A stretch of DNA of 64,000 bases from positions 67,084,001 to 67,148,000 of the forward strand of contig OZ320319.1 of the NCBI GenBank assembly GCA_976226885.1. Reading direction: 5' to 3'. A program made the position numbers and the translations under genes. Source of the DNA: Iphione sp. A-MEVVRFRX5. Taxonomy: Eukaryota. Below, one piece after another: positions 43,741 to 55,711 of the stretch (positions within the stretch are counted from its first letter, which is position 1; each line of letters begins with the position of its first letter). The notes under the pieces were generated by a model. The model ran no database searches and was not told the DNA's origin. It was given only the letters and a program-made list of their open reading frames with translations.

Positions 43741-43921
43741 CAGTTGAATCTTGATTTACGACCAGCCCTTTAGGACCAAGCTCAACTGGTTTTAATGGCT
43801 AATTTGGTTGCAAAATAGATTGGGATTAAGCATAGAAATCCAAACTTTTGTACCAGGCTGTATTGGTCATAATATCAAGAATGGTCAGAAATCGATGTGG
43901 TCGCAAAGTAAGACTTCACTG
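43741..43921. mobile_element. Tc1/pogo-type MITE, 181 bp, TA target duplication
   Basis: Left end TA|CAGTTGAATCTTGATTTACGACCA versus reverse complement of right end TA|CAGTGAAGTCTTACTTTGCGACCA: 20/26 identical including TA. TA sits at 43739-43740 and 43922-43923. Confidence 0.75.
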
Positions 43922-45825
43922 TATAAGACTTTTTGGTTGGTGAATCCTTAATACCGAAAAAAAAAGATTGCCTTGGATGATATAGGGAATATGATTTTGT
44001 TGTTTGCTGAGTCGTCTGAGACTGTACATGTATATTATCCAGAAAGGAATCAATTACTTTTTAATGTAGGTTTTAATCCATATAATTCGTGATAAAATGC
44101 CCATTGTTTTGCAATTATCTACAAGTCAGAAATTATATTTTAGGATTAATTCCAATATAATCAACCCTATAATTGTCCATCTAAGATTAAGACGTCAGAG
44201 GACACCCCTTTTAGGCAAAGAAGGCTGATATAACCTTTAAACATTGCCAACTCGGCCATCTTTTATCTTCCCTGGGAGGGACTGCCTTTGGTAGTCACAA
44301 AACTAGATAGGCCTTTGCTCCCGATTACTTAATTTCTACTTGTAACCTCCATGGTGAACTGTCTACAACACATAAGCAATTTTCCTACATTTCGTTAGGA
44401 TGCTGATGCAGATGTTTTTGGAACAGGGCATTAATGGTGGCTGTCAATGTCCATCACGCTACCGGATTATGGCATATTCCAAACCATATGATAAAGTCAT
44501 ACCTCTAAATGATTATTGGAGACTACTTTAAACATTGCAGAAGCGTCGCTGGTGAAGGTTGCTGTTTGTACATGAATAAAAAGAAGGGGCACATTGCCTT
44601 AATTTATAGTTGTTTGTTGAAGGATTGGAATACATGTAGTACAACTATTCTTGCCTTGTTTTCCTCGTGAACTGAAAATATATGGCGGCTTGATCGGAAG
44701 AGCTGCTCGTTATAGAAATGTAATTTCCTTTACATTGATACCCAAACCAACTTTATTCAAGTCGCCCACAAGCTGGTGTGATTTCTGGATCAGCGGGTCC
44801 CTGTCTTATACTACAGGACTATTGGATATCCAGGTTTATATACAGTGAGAACATACCTTTCAGGTATGTACAATTTTATATAGGATATGTTCTTACTGAG
44901 GGCTTATTCATCCGTTCTCTACAGATCCGTCAATCTTCTTTTGCTGAGGAAAGAGGCTCTAAAAAGTCTTTACATATTCATCGGTGCTAGGATCCGCTTA
45001 GCTCTATGAAACATCAGAACCCTTTAAGTAATTCGGACCATTTAATATAGGGTTGCCCTTATTACAGAATTGTTTTTAAAATCTTAACGACGGTAGGTAA
45101 ACGCAATAACTTGACAAGAACCAAGTTTATTGAGATAGTGATTTATTAGCCTGAGACTTTCGAGTTGCAGGACTCGTTCTTTAGTCCACTGATGTTGGAT
45201 AGAAGATATATACATTGCTCTTTGGGCCAGTACCCATTCATGCTTCGGAGGTTTCGTTAACTGTGCCTTCATGAACTGATGACTCCTGTCCAACATCCTT
45301 AAATCCTGCAATGCTTGGCCGTGGTAAGCAACCCTTTGAAATTTTTCATCCCCGGGTCCTTTGCCATATGCAGAACCTTTGACCTACCATAGACCCTGAA
45401 ACAGGCCTATATACAAACCTAGAAAATTATCTAGATGAACACCTTCTCACTCAAAACAGATTGTATGGTTGGTTATTATTTTAATGGGGAAAAGGGCAAC
45501 ATCTGCAATATTTCCTTATCGAGTGCAAATATTTCAGAGAAAAGAGTAGATTCCGCAGAATATATGGCTCGGAATCTTTACCTCGAATCTAGCCTTTTTA
45601 AAACACGTGTGAATTATTACTGGCATTCCCGCCACATAGGAATGTGTACCAAAGTTCATTCATTCAAACTAAGTTTCACACTAGCAGTCAGGTAGATAGT
45701 AAAAGGATCTGACCACATTCTGAGCTCAAAAATTGCAAACAAAGAACATGCGACATTGACCATCAAATGATCCTTTCTTAACATAGATATAAATTTTGAT
45801 ATGTTCCCACTGAGACGTTAAGAAT

Positions 45826-46630
45826 ATGGGATTTATATCCTCCAAAATGTGGAGAGGAGCCATCCAGCTGTCTAGAGTGAAACGCAAGCTGCCAATCAAG
45901 GTTAGACTCATGTTATTTTGGGCCTTGGTGTTGTCACACCTAAATTATGTGGCTGGTGTCCTGTATGGAGTGGTGGGCTCAGACCTCATTCGCCTACAGG
46001 TGATATTCAACCGATGTTTTAGGGTTGCAGTAATGGTGAACCAACGCCAAAGTCCCAACACCCTCCAACATAAGCTTGGTGTTCCGAGGGTGAATGAGTT
46101 AGTGGAATATAAGGGCCTGTCCCTGGTGCACCGGCTCATGGGGTTAGGTTTATTGGAGGAGGGTGGTAAGGGCTTAACGCATGCAGGTAAGAGGAAGAGG
46201 GGATGGTTGGTCAGACCAAGGACCAGCAGGTATGCGAGGTTGCTCAGATACCGGGGTGTAGTGGAATAGGGCAAGCTACCGGAGGTGGTAAAAAGATTAG
46301 GTAAACTGCCCAAGCATTGGGTTAAGAGTAGAAGTCCTGATATCGGATAGGTCTGGTTGGTTGTATATGCACTGGATGTTGTCAGGATTAAGCCACATCC
46401 CTATGGTGTCTTTAGTGTGAGTGGGACTGCTGGGTGGATGTGTGTGTGTGGGCAAATGTTAGGTGTATTAGAGTGTGTGTCTATCCTTGAAACTGTCCTG
46501 GAGGATGTGTGTATGCAGAGGATAATTGGATGATATGATCAAGGGGTAGAGTGAAAGTGGAAAGGGGCTGATAAGGTGTACAAGGCTATGGACTCGGAAC
46601 TAATGTGACCCTTCAGGTCACGAGTCACTG
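45826..46630 (+). mobile_element. 5'-truncated non-LTR retrotransposon (L2/Crack/Daphne-like), post-RT ORF2 tail plus 3' UTR
   Basis: ORF 45826-46269, SKMWRGAIQLSRVKRKLP..LMLFWALVLSHLNY..LIRLQVIFNRCFR..LQHKLG, matches the conserved CR1/L2-group C-terminus (SK..R.+..L.R.+..LP...L..LY.+LV.SHL.Y...LQ.+QNRA.R). It is followed by a GT-rich UTR and a stem-loop at 46591-46626. Confidence 0.7.
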
Positions 46631-47108
46631 ATGCTATTTGCGTGATAACTTACAGTATGGCTGTCTATCTGTGCAACGATTGTATTAACTTATGGTACCT
46701 TGATGTGCTGCAGTTGTGATGGTACTTACAAGTAGGGAGGCATATAACATCACTACACTATAGGTCAAAGTACTGTGCAGCTGTCGTCGTTACTAGTTGT
46801 CTATCATGTTTGGTGCCTAACTTGTAAGTTGGTGGTTAGTGATAACAACTCTCCTGAAGAAGTAATGAACATCGGCCCTATTATTGTTTCTGCTTAACAT
46901 ACGGCTTGGTGTCCTATAATATAACGTGTTTTTTAAAGTGTCAGCTTTTCTTCCATATTTGGCCACCTGATTATGTTCTTAACAAGATAACAGTCAGAAG
47001 GAACTATGAAGGACTTTTCTTTTATTTACTCTTTTATTCCCCAGAGCCGTCCACTCACCTTTCGGACGAAGAACTTTGTCAACACGTCTGTGTATACCAG
47101 AGATTCCA

Positions 47109-47144
47109 AATAAACGTACTTTATACTTTATACTTTATACTTTA
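47109..47144 (+). repeat. AATAAA followed by (TACTTTA)4, probable 3' tail of a LINE/SINE
   Basis: AATAAA at 47109-47114, then four perfect 7-mers at 47117-47144. Short tandem tails are typical of CR1/L2/RTE-mobilised elements. Confidence 0.55.
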
Positions 47145-48987
47145 TTTTCCACATTTCCCTGTAAAGTGGAAATACCATTCTGGGGATAAGAATAAGAATT
47201 GCAACATTTCGTTAAAGCTATAAATACGAAAGCGAACAGATTACTCGGTGAAAGCCCTCCTTTCTCCCTAAATCGATATCTTAGAGTGACAAAATACGGT
47301 ATTTCTAAAAGACAACAGACCGAACTAGAATAGAACACTCAGCCTATGTGGGTTCCTACCGATCAGTAACATCCACAATGGTGTTTTCGTAGTGATATTA
47401 TGAATGATCGCTCCATTTGCCAATGTTATTTGCAGAATTACAGCCACTAGCTACCTATCTGTATGCGGCTTCTTTTCCAAGCTGAGTTAAGATCCCGGGA
47501 GGCGGATATCAGACGAAGACGAATTCTCTAGATTACCCAATATTTGTCATCTGAGAGAGAACTACTTAATACCACAATTGCTACTTAGGCATCATCACTA
47601 GCCCAGACCCTTAGTTATTAGTTAAATGGAAAAATAATGCTGCGTATATACTGCATATATACTTGGATATTCAGTGCATATGCATACATCCTATATTCAA
47701 ATGTTGGGATGCTGTACATTTATCGTGTGGTGCCGTGAGCATGGATATGCTGAGCAGCATGGTGCGAGATTTCTTGAACGGGCAAACTATAACAAGGCGA
47801 TAGCCAGAGGCCATAAATATGTTCGCATCAACTCCAAATCACTTGAATGTCCATATAAACGAGAACATTTCTTCACGGATATATTTCATGATTCTATTCT
47901 ACTATGTGAGTTACCACTTTGACAAAATTTAAATTAATAATCCACTTTGGAGCCTTAGTCTAAGTCCCATATCACTATACATTGGCATTTGATGCCACTC
48001 CGGTGGCTTAGTGTAGAGCGGCTGGTGTTACACTCGAGTGGGTCTTCGGATGTTGATGGGGCTGGATCTTGCTCCTTCATGTTGTTGGTGCTGCTTGTTA
48101 TCTTGTCAGCATCCCATAACTTGGATTTGTTTTTCAACATTTGTACCAGTGGATGCAGGTCCAACTTTGTTTTGCGGGCCATCGTGTCGATGTCGGGTTC
48201 AGTATTGAGCTCCGTGTTCTTGCTGGTGGATAGTAGGGCGGTCCTTGTTTGCAACGAGGTTGTGGGCCGTGGGGTCTGTCGTCTTTTGGGTCGGCAGTGC
48301 CTCAGGCTTGGCGATGGGGGTCCCTGTAAGCACAAGGCATGGTTGTAGAAAGAAATCAAATCATTTTTCATTTTTTTAAAGCATAGCACTATTCATTCCC
48401 AAATAAACCAATATGGTTCAGGTTCTCGTGCCAGCAGTACTATATATCATGGCAAACATGAACTACTTGTCACTGGGCACTTCTAATGGAAATACGTTAT
48501 AAATGGCAGTCTATAATGTTTGAATTTAAATCATAGTAAAGATTGAATAACTAATTTCACAGCTCGTCCGTCAACTCAAAGTACTGCTCTTTGACAGATT
48601 ATCAGATGACGAAGTTGCTTGGAGTGTTGTATATAAATAATACCTGCTTCGTCTCTCCTTTCAGTAAGGCGAACATATGAGGTGAGTGTTCACCATAAAT
48701 GCCTAGTATGTAGAGAATGTAAACGGAATTACACAGAAATATGTCACATCTAAATCCATTAACTTAGATGTTCTTGGGGAAACAGAAACAATCCTCTGTC
48801 TTCACTATAATAGTGATAAGTTATTGCTGATAAAGATTTCGGGATGTCCTTATTATGAAACATGTTCAGTCACAATCTCTGGAGTCCTGGATCGCATGGT
48901 TTGTCAATGTTATTTCAGTTTATCTCTCATTGTCCATTCCTACATTTTGCCATGCCGTTTGAAACTTGGCGATCCCAAGGTCTATAG

Positions 48988-49103
48988 GTTTAGGTACGCA
49001 TTCTTAAAAATTGTCTGCTAGTTTGACCCCGTCGCCCGAGACCGCAGGTCGAGGGCGAAAGGGGTCAAACTAGCAGACAATTTTTAAAGAATGCGTACTT
49101 AAA
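48988..49103. repeat. Near-perfect 116-bp inverted repeat (foldback)
   Basis: Arm GTTTAGGTACGCATTCTTAAAAATTGTCTGCTAGTTTGACCCC (48988-49030) pairs with 49061-49103 with 1 mismatch and a 1-nt bulge. The central part pairs further (TCGCCC/GGGCGA, GACC/GGTC, GCA loop). Confidence 0.95.
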
Positions 49104-52100
49104 CGTAGTTCTGCCGACGATAAAAAAGACAAATGGGCGGAATACAAAATAATATTACCATTAAAAGCAGCATCTTGTTCGACTTAAAACAAAAACGCAC
49201 TCGGCGGCGGCCATTTTGGTTGTTTACTTTTCAAAGAAAGAATCTGATTGGATGATAAAAAAACTTTCCCCAATTCACGTTGGAACGTGAGTTCGTTTTT
49301 TAATCATGTTACCTCAATACGTCTTGTTGACATGAAACATAAAGACGCCATAATGATTTCTAGAAACGATATGTAAGTAACCTAGGTTCAAAGTTCGTTT
49401 AAAACTAATTTCTCTATCAGCTAACAACATTTATAAGTCGTTTCAGTCTGTACGTTAATCATATTATCCTCTCAAACTTCTGAATCGAGTCGTCAAGCAT
49501 CCGCCATTATTGATTTTTCAAGCCAATCGCATTTCATCTTAAAAAAACTTCCTGTGGGTCTGTCCTCTGACAACCACACGGCTAGAACAATCGTTTCTAT
49601 GGGACAATTCACGGATATCGCGCCAAGAGTGGTAGAACATCGATCTCACCCCCCCTGCGATGACTTTCGGTGAACAAATATGATGTTCATGTGAATTGAT
49701 TGTGAGGTACATAAATGTCTCGGAGGGGGAGGGGGGAGGTGATCAGTCGAGAGCGTTAGTATAAAGAAGAAAGAGGCGACGTTTCTGAGTTTCAGAATGA
49801 AGGTTGAATCATGAATGCTAGGCTGATGAAGTTCGACGAAGCGATGAGCTAACTTAGTACCAGCAGGGATCAATGGTTCTGGTGAAGCTTCCTTCCTAGA
49901 AGGTTGGTTGTCTAGTTCCATTAGATCCTCAAGTGATGTCTATCACGCCCAATTCTTTGGATTGTTGGCTTTGGCCGACGGTCACAAACAATTCGAGGAA
50001 TTAATTACCGTTGTTTGAAGAAGACGACGTGCTGCCGAGGTTTCCTCTAGCAGCGTATTAGGAGATGTACTTCTTTTTCCAAACAGAACGTCATGTTCAA
50101 TTGTTAGTACGTGAAAGGTTGACCAGGACTTTACCGATACAAATGGGACAATGGCGATACGTGCAGTTTGAAGTTCTTCTCCACTACCTGTTCGAAATTG
50201 TCCTTAGACATAAAAGATCTGATGATGCTACGAGAAAATTTGCATCAAATTGACTAACAATTTATCCATTCTTACTCTGCACTGGTAATCTTGCATCCAA
50301 TGGGGCCTTTTGCTGATAATTATAAAACTATGTTTTGTTATGCTTAAATATAATACGACTAATTTGGTTGTCATTCTAAAAACGAAAGTTGATTGGTGTT
50401 AAGATTTTTCGGAAATAATTTGAATGCATCATTGCTTCACTTGTTATCTGCTAGAAACGTACAGTAATTAGAAACTTACAGGCTCACCTGATGAACACAG
50501 AGCTATTTAGGACGACCTGGAAATAACTTTATTTAGTAAATCAACGAAATTTAAAGTGTTATTATTTCGAAGGTGACGGTTGGATATTCGAAATAAAATT
50601 CTTTTAAATGAAATGATCTGAAATGCGGGTCTCATATTTTCTCTTCCTCCGTATTAATTAACAAACGTCTTTGATGATACATAGTGCATACTAGATGTTC
50701 CATGGTGGGAACGGGCGGTGCACAATCGCGCTGAGGTAGCGGCTCAGGACAGAGCATAGGGGAGTACACAAGAATAAAAAAATACATGTACGTGTATTTC
50801 ATTATAAGAGAAGAGTGACAAGAGGCTTCCCTACTCATGTACATGATAATGGATATTTACAAAGTATATTATACAGTCAACCTTCCTGCCCGGACAGTGA
50901 GTACGTGGCTTCTGAAATGAAAGAAAATGTAGGGAAAGATCAGGCCCAAAGGTTTAGTAAGGCTGGGGAATCCAGTAATTTAGCGTCCTGGTAGGCGGAA
51001 CTGACTATATAAGATTCGTTTACTTCTTGCATTAAATGAAGCTGTGCTCTGGGGAAATATGGTACTGCCGTGTTGCCTTTTACGATAGGCATGATATTGT
51101 ACGTAGTGTCTTCAACCGGCTGTGTATGATAAATCTAGGTCCATACCCCCCCCCCAAAAAAAAAATCATAAACAAAAAAAAAAAACTGGGAAAAGGCAAA
51201 CACAGTGTGACGTGTGCTGCTGATTTCACGAGATCGGTATACAACTCCAAAGAACAACAACTGCTCTTTGGATTTCTCGGTTGGAATGTCTTATCGTGCA
51301 CGTCAGTATATATGTCTCTAGTAGTGAGCCGCATAGGATGCCCATTAGCCCATCTGGACTGGAGAGGTCTGGATATTGGACCACAAGCTCTGGTGATGTC
51401 TGCGGCACACAACCAACACTGTTCAACAGTAAAGTAAACAGGACTCGAGCCTGAAGTAATCTCCCCACATATGTGCAGGAGGTGTGTCCCTCACATTTGT
51501 GTGTGGTTGGCCAACATTTACTAGTTGGGAACACGGTATGCCAGTGGCATCTGCTCATTGTTAACCTTCACATCGTTGGAGACGCCGGTCCCGGCCAGCG
51601 TTTGTAACTTCTTATAAAATCAAGGGTCCGTTATATGTAACTTCGGACCTCTCTATCACTGAAAGTGGACACAACCACTCTTCAGTAACTATACCTCCTT
51701 TATTAGCGACATCATGAAGATAGCAATATAATTTTAGAAGGATATTTGCGGGATTCAAATCACATGTACGTAATTTACGCGTACCATAAGTATAAAAACT
51801 TAAAGCCAAGCGCCCTTCCGTGTTATCGACGGAAAATGCAGGCGATGGAATATCCAGGCAACCATAGACATTTTTAATAGTTGTATCGGGCCTGCGGGGG
51901 GGGGGGGGGTGGTACCCAATAAGTAAATAGCGTCCAAATGCAAACCTTCAAAATTGAGAGGAGAAAGGCCTTCTTAAATACCCTCGATAGATATCACTGA
52001 CACTAATAAAATACATCCAGATATCTGCGCCACTTATTCTCACGCCACTGTCTCAGCGTGTTTTCATCCAAGTTGTGACAGCTGATAAAACGTAGGCAAT

Positions 52101-53520
52101 AATGACTAGCATACTACCTCGACTGCAAAGGCCCTAGCATTTGGGCCGGTTCACCCACTCACCCGCACACGTATCAGAGAGAGAAGAAAGAAGGAGAGAC
52201 AGAGGAAGATCAAGAAGCATACAGCCAGGCTTGTCACAAGTAGAGATAAAGAGAGAAAAGAATAATATACATGATTTTTCCTTGTGTCAGCAAATCTGGC
52301 TGAAGACATGTCACTGTCAAACTCTCATAAATTCTAATATCCTTCGTGGGTTTACGGAACGTTTGGAGGACAGATATTGCTTCTACACGTGTCGTGGTGC
52401 AATCTGTAATGATATCTGCTATATTAACTCAATGACAGAGCGCATATTGCTGTGTCTTGTTCCTTCAAGCCCACTTCGCATTCTCACCTACACATCAATG
52501 CAGCATATTTCAGATTGATTACTTGCATATGATTATGGATAGTGGAACTACTTGCTGTTTTCCCTAGACCATTGGATTACATTTAATTTCACGTGCCGAC
52601 AAAGGCTTCCATCTATGTGTGTGCAGCTATTGACTGTTAATGTGCACAACGGCTGTTAGTCTAGTGAACATGAAGAATCCATGTATAGGTATATAGGTGG
52701 CAACATATACTTTATCAAAGCTCCTGACGTCTTGCCAGTGTCTTTGAAAGACATGGACTCTTTAAAAATGAATCATTATTTGAAATAACAAAGGGCATCC
52801 AGCTGTACAAAGGAGGACCAAAAATTAAAATGTGCAAGTTTTATCCGGTCATAATGAAGTTTTTATGTTACTATGTAGTATATCTTTTATCATGTTGCAT
52901 ATTGATCAACTATATCCAAAGTATGCAACCATAATAAGAACTATTGCGACCTTAGCACAAACAACACTGGAAAGTATACTGTTGAGGAAACAAAATATGG
53001 TACTTAGACTCCTTTGATGAGGTGTCAACCTTGCTAAAACCATATAGTCAGCTTTACTTAACTGAACAAGATGCGCTTCCCATCACATTACTCAGTTATC
53101 CAGGGGCGCAGTTAATCTAAACATGAAATAGAGGGAAAAGGCGCCTTGGTACCAGACAAAATAGTTCAAAGTTCTAAGTGTGAAATTTGGTTAACTTGGC
53201 GTTCGATCAAGTGACTGTCAAGTGTGATGATACTCAAGTTCGCAAAATGTTTCAGTGATGTAATATCAGTTAAAGGGAGACCATGATACAGTTAGTGTAA
53301 AAGTGTACAGAACCCTACCAGCGAGCTACTATTATGTCTTCAAATGTTCACACTTCTATGAATATTTTTTCTAGTTCACATTTTGGCCAAAAAATAACAG
53401 TGTCACAGAATAAGTTTAAGCAGTCCAATTCAGTTACATTCGGGATATCACGGAGACTGACCTTCACTTATATCAGATTTGTTGAAATGTGGAAGTTGAC
53501 ATGGTTCAGATGATGACTAT

Positions 53521-54110
53521 GTAGATTTCCACAACCTGATAGCAATGGTAGACATTCTTAGTGCCCAGGATACATAGAATGATGAATCAGATGATGATGC
53601 TGAAGATGAGGTTGTAATGGGAGTAGTAACATGTTTGCTTCATGGTCACAATCGACCTCATACGTCTTGAGTAAATGACATTATTGCAACATAGAAATGA
53701 CGCATTGCCTTCCATCACTTGTTTTCCGACATCCATAACAACCAATGAAACCTTTCATATTATTTTTGTCTCAACCATGTACTGTTAAGTTGTGTTTTGA
53801 GACAGGTTTGACAGCTGCACACCCAAGAAGCAATTTGCTTCTCTAAGAAATCGCCATTATTTGGACAGTATAAATATATTGTAGCATTTACGCCTTGAAT
53901 AAAAGTTTGTAGGAGATCTTAGGTTCTTCCATTGCCAGAATAAGGAAGGTCCATGCCAGCGTAGAGTAACAAGTAATAAAGTGCAAGAGGCCTGCCTCTT
54001 TTTCGCAGAGGAAGCCATTTGGCATGTAATCAAACAGAACAATGACAGTTCTTGCAACAATAAGAAACATTTCAGCATTCTACAACAATTCCTATGAGAT
54101 CAGAGGCTAC
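53521..54110 (+). pseudogene. Decayed PIF/Harbinger transposase, N-terminal part
   Basis: The frame from 53521 gives an acidic leader NDESDDDAEDE, then S*VNDIIAT*K*RIAFHHLFSDIHTNQ*NLSYYFCLN..VLRQV. This matches the Harbinger pattern WV..I...R...G.FH.L..+L......F..YFR+. Several lesions are TGG>TGA or CpG decay (CGA>TGA, CGT>TGT). A frameshifted TSNKVQEAC..EAIWHVI follows near 53970-54030. No DDE core is visible. Confidence 0.55.
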
Positions 54111-54327
54111 CAGATGAGATGGTAAGGATCACTCATTTAGGTTAACATTGCACTATTTATGTAATTTTGAATGTAGTTCTGTGAGTTTGTGAATAGACAA
54201 GTTACACAACCAGTCCCAGATTCAAGTCTGTTTGATTCCCACACAGTGCTTCTATGTATAGGGAATTATGGTCATAGGACCAAATGCAGGTGTAAGCAAT
54301 CAAAAATAGGCATGGAATCTTTTTGAT

Positions 54328-54484
54328 ACAATGTTACCAATCTAAAGTCAAAATGTTATTAGCCAATCAGGATGAACCAGAATGATACAAAGTATCTCTC
54401 ATAGACAATGTTACCAATCTAAAGTCAGATAGAATGTTATTAGCCAATCAAGATGAACCAGAATGATATGAAGTATCTCTCATA
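54328..54484. repeat. Tandem duplication of about 77 bp
   Basis: ACAATGTTACCAATCTAAAGTCA..AATGTTATTAGCCAATCA.GATGAACCAGAATGATA..AAGTATCTCTCATA at 54328 and 54405, with a few substitutions and a small indel. Confidence 0.95.
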
Positions 54485-55056
54485 CATCAGGTGATTTGTG
54501 TGGTGCCACTGAACTCTTAAAAATCTAATAATATAGTGCACTTCCCACTATAGTAATTCAGGTGGCTTTAGTGATGCCACAGACCCACACTCAATGAGCC
54601 TTAGGACTGATACATTATTGCCTTATAATTATGGTGGTACCACAGAACTGCAACCAATGACCAAAGCTAGGTACACATGAATGGTTGTGCCATGCCCTGT
54701 TAGCAAGAGATGTACTAATGAATCCTGTCCTATTCTGTGGTGCCACATAAATGCACTTAGTGGCCCCTGATTCACTTCCTGTAGGTAAATAGTGTACTAA
54801 ATGAGCTCCACTGTCCCAGGAGTACACTAATAGAACCGTCATTTACTCCATGTAAAGGGAGTCCCCTTTTGTTTCTATTCCTATTTTGTTCCTATTCAAT
54901 TACATGTATTTCAAATTGGGCTGTTTTTTGACGATATCTCAAATGAGTATGCCATATTTTTTCTTGAGAAGGTTAAAACATGTTACTTCTCGGCGGAGCA
55001 CCACAAGGCATACAGCTCAAATAAAGGAGATGTGGCTACAGCAATGAATTCACTTT

Positions 55057-55135
55057 AACATTTTTAAAACGTTTTTTAAAAACATTTTCAAGACATTTAG
55101 AAAAACGTTTTTAAAACGTTTTTGTGTTTGCTGGG
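55057..55135. mobile_element. Isolated right end of a MITE (terminus CCCAGCAAACAC on the - strand) with AAAACGTTTT subterminal repeats
   Basis: ...AAAACGTTTTTAAAACGTTTTTGTGTTTGCTGGG. The terminus is recognised from memory as a common invertebrate MITE end. No partner end was found in the window. Confidence 0.4.
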
Positions 55136-55221
55136 AAGGGCTACATGAGAAACAAATGTGAGCAACTTGATAGCATATATAAGTAGAATGTTATCCACTA
55201 CATGGGCAGCATGACACATAT

Positions 55222-55478
55222 GTGTCCTTCACTTCTGGAGAGGACAACATGGCTGTAGCTTTGGTTGGTATGTATTTACATAGAAGAATAGTCAAGATGA
55301 AGCATCAATTTTGGGTATCAAGTATGCTCGCTGAGAGGGCTACCTTGAGACCCCACGAAGTCTGTCTCCTACTTCCTACCTTGCCAGACCTGCCCTTAGG
55401 AAATACTCCAGGATAAGAGAGGTCATTGGTCCTAAGGAGAGGTTGATCCTATGTCTAGGGTGAGTGCATGAAATAACA
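55222..55478 (+). pseudogene. Second Harbinger transposase N-terminal remnant, internally deleted
   Basis: SGEDNMAVALVGMYLHRRIVKMKHQFWVSSMLAERATL, then frameshifted DPTKSVSYF..EIL..DPMSRVSA. This fits RR...R.FWV.P+...R / DP.KF..YFR. It stops at a MITE insertion at 55483. Confidence 0.45.
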
Positions 55479-55482
55479 TATA

Positions 55483-55660
55483 CAGTTGAGACACTATTTA
55501 AGACCATCACTTGGTACCAAGCTCAAATGGTTGCATTGGTGAATCTGGTCACAAATAGCGTATCAAGTGTATAGAAATCATGATGTTTGTTCCCACCTTA
55601 CGTGGTCTTAAATAGAGAATGATTACAAATTGATGTGGTCGCAAAAAGGAAAAGGCAGTA
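55483..55660. mobile_element. Diverged relative of the 43741 MITE
   Basis: Starts TA|CAGTTGA and shares ACCAAGCTCAA.TGGTT and GATGTGGTCGCAAA with 43741-43921. The right TIR is degenerate. Confidence 0.5.
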
Positions 55661-55711
55661 TAATTTTCCTATTTATTATCTTAAACCTAACTTATTATCT
55701 TATACAAATAT

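Noticed and set aside
47080-47340. RT-like peptide on the - strand (GGLSPSNLFAF ... LVYTDV)
   Set aside because: The motifs are in different frames, split by the (TACTTTA)4 repeat, which is better read as a + strand element tail.
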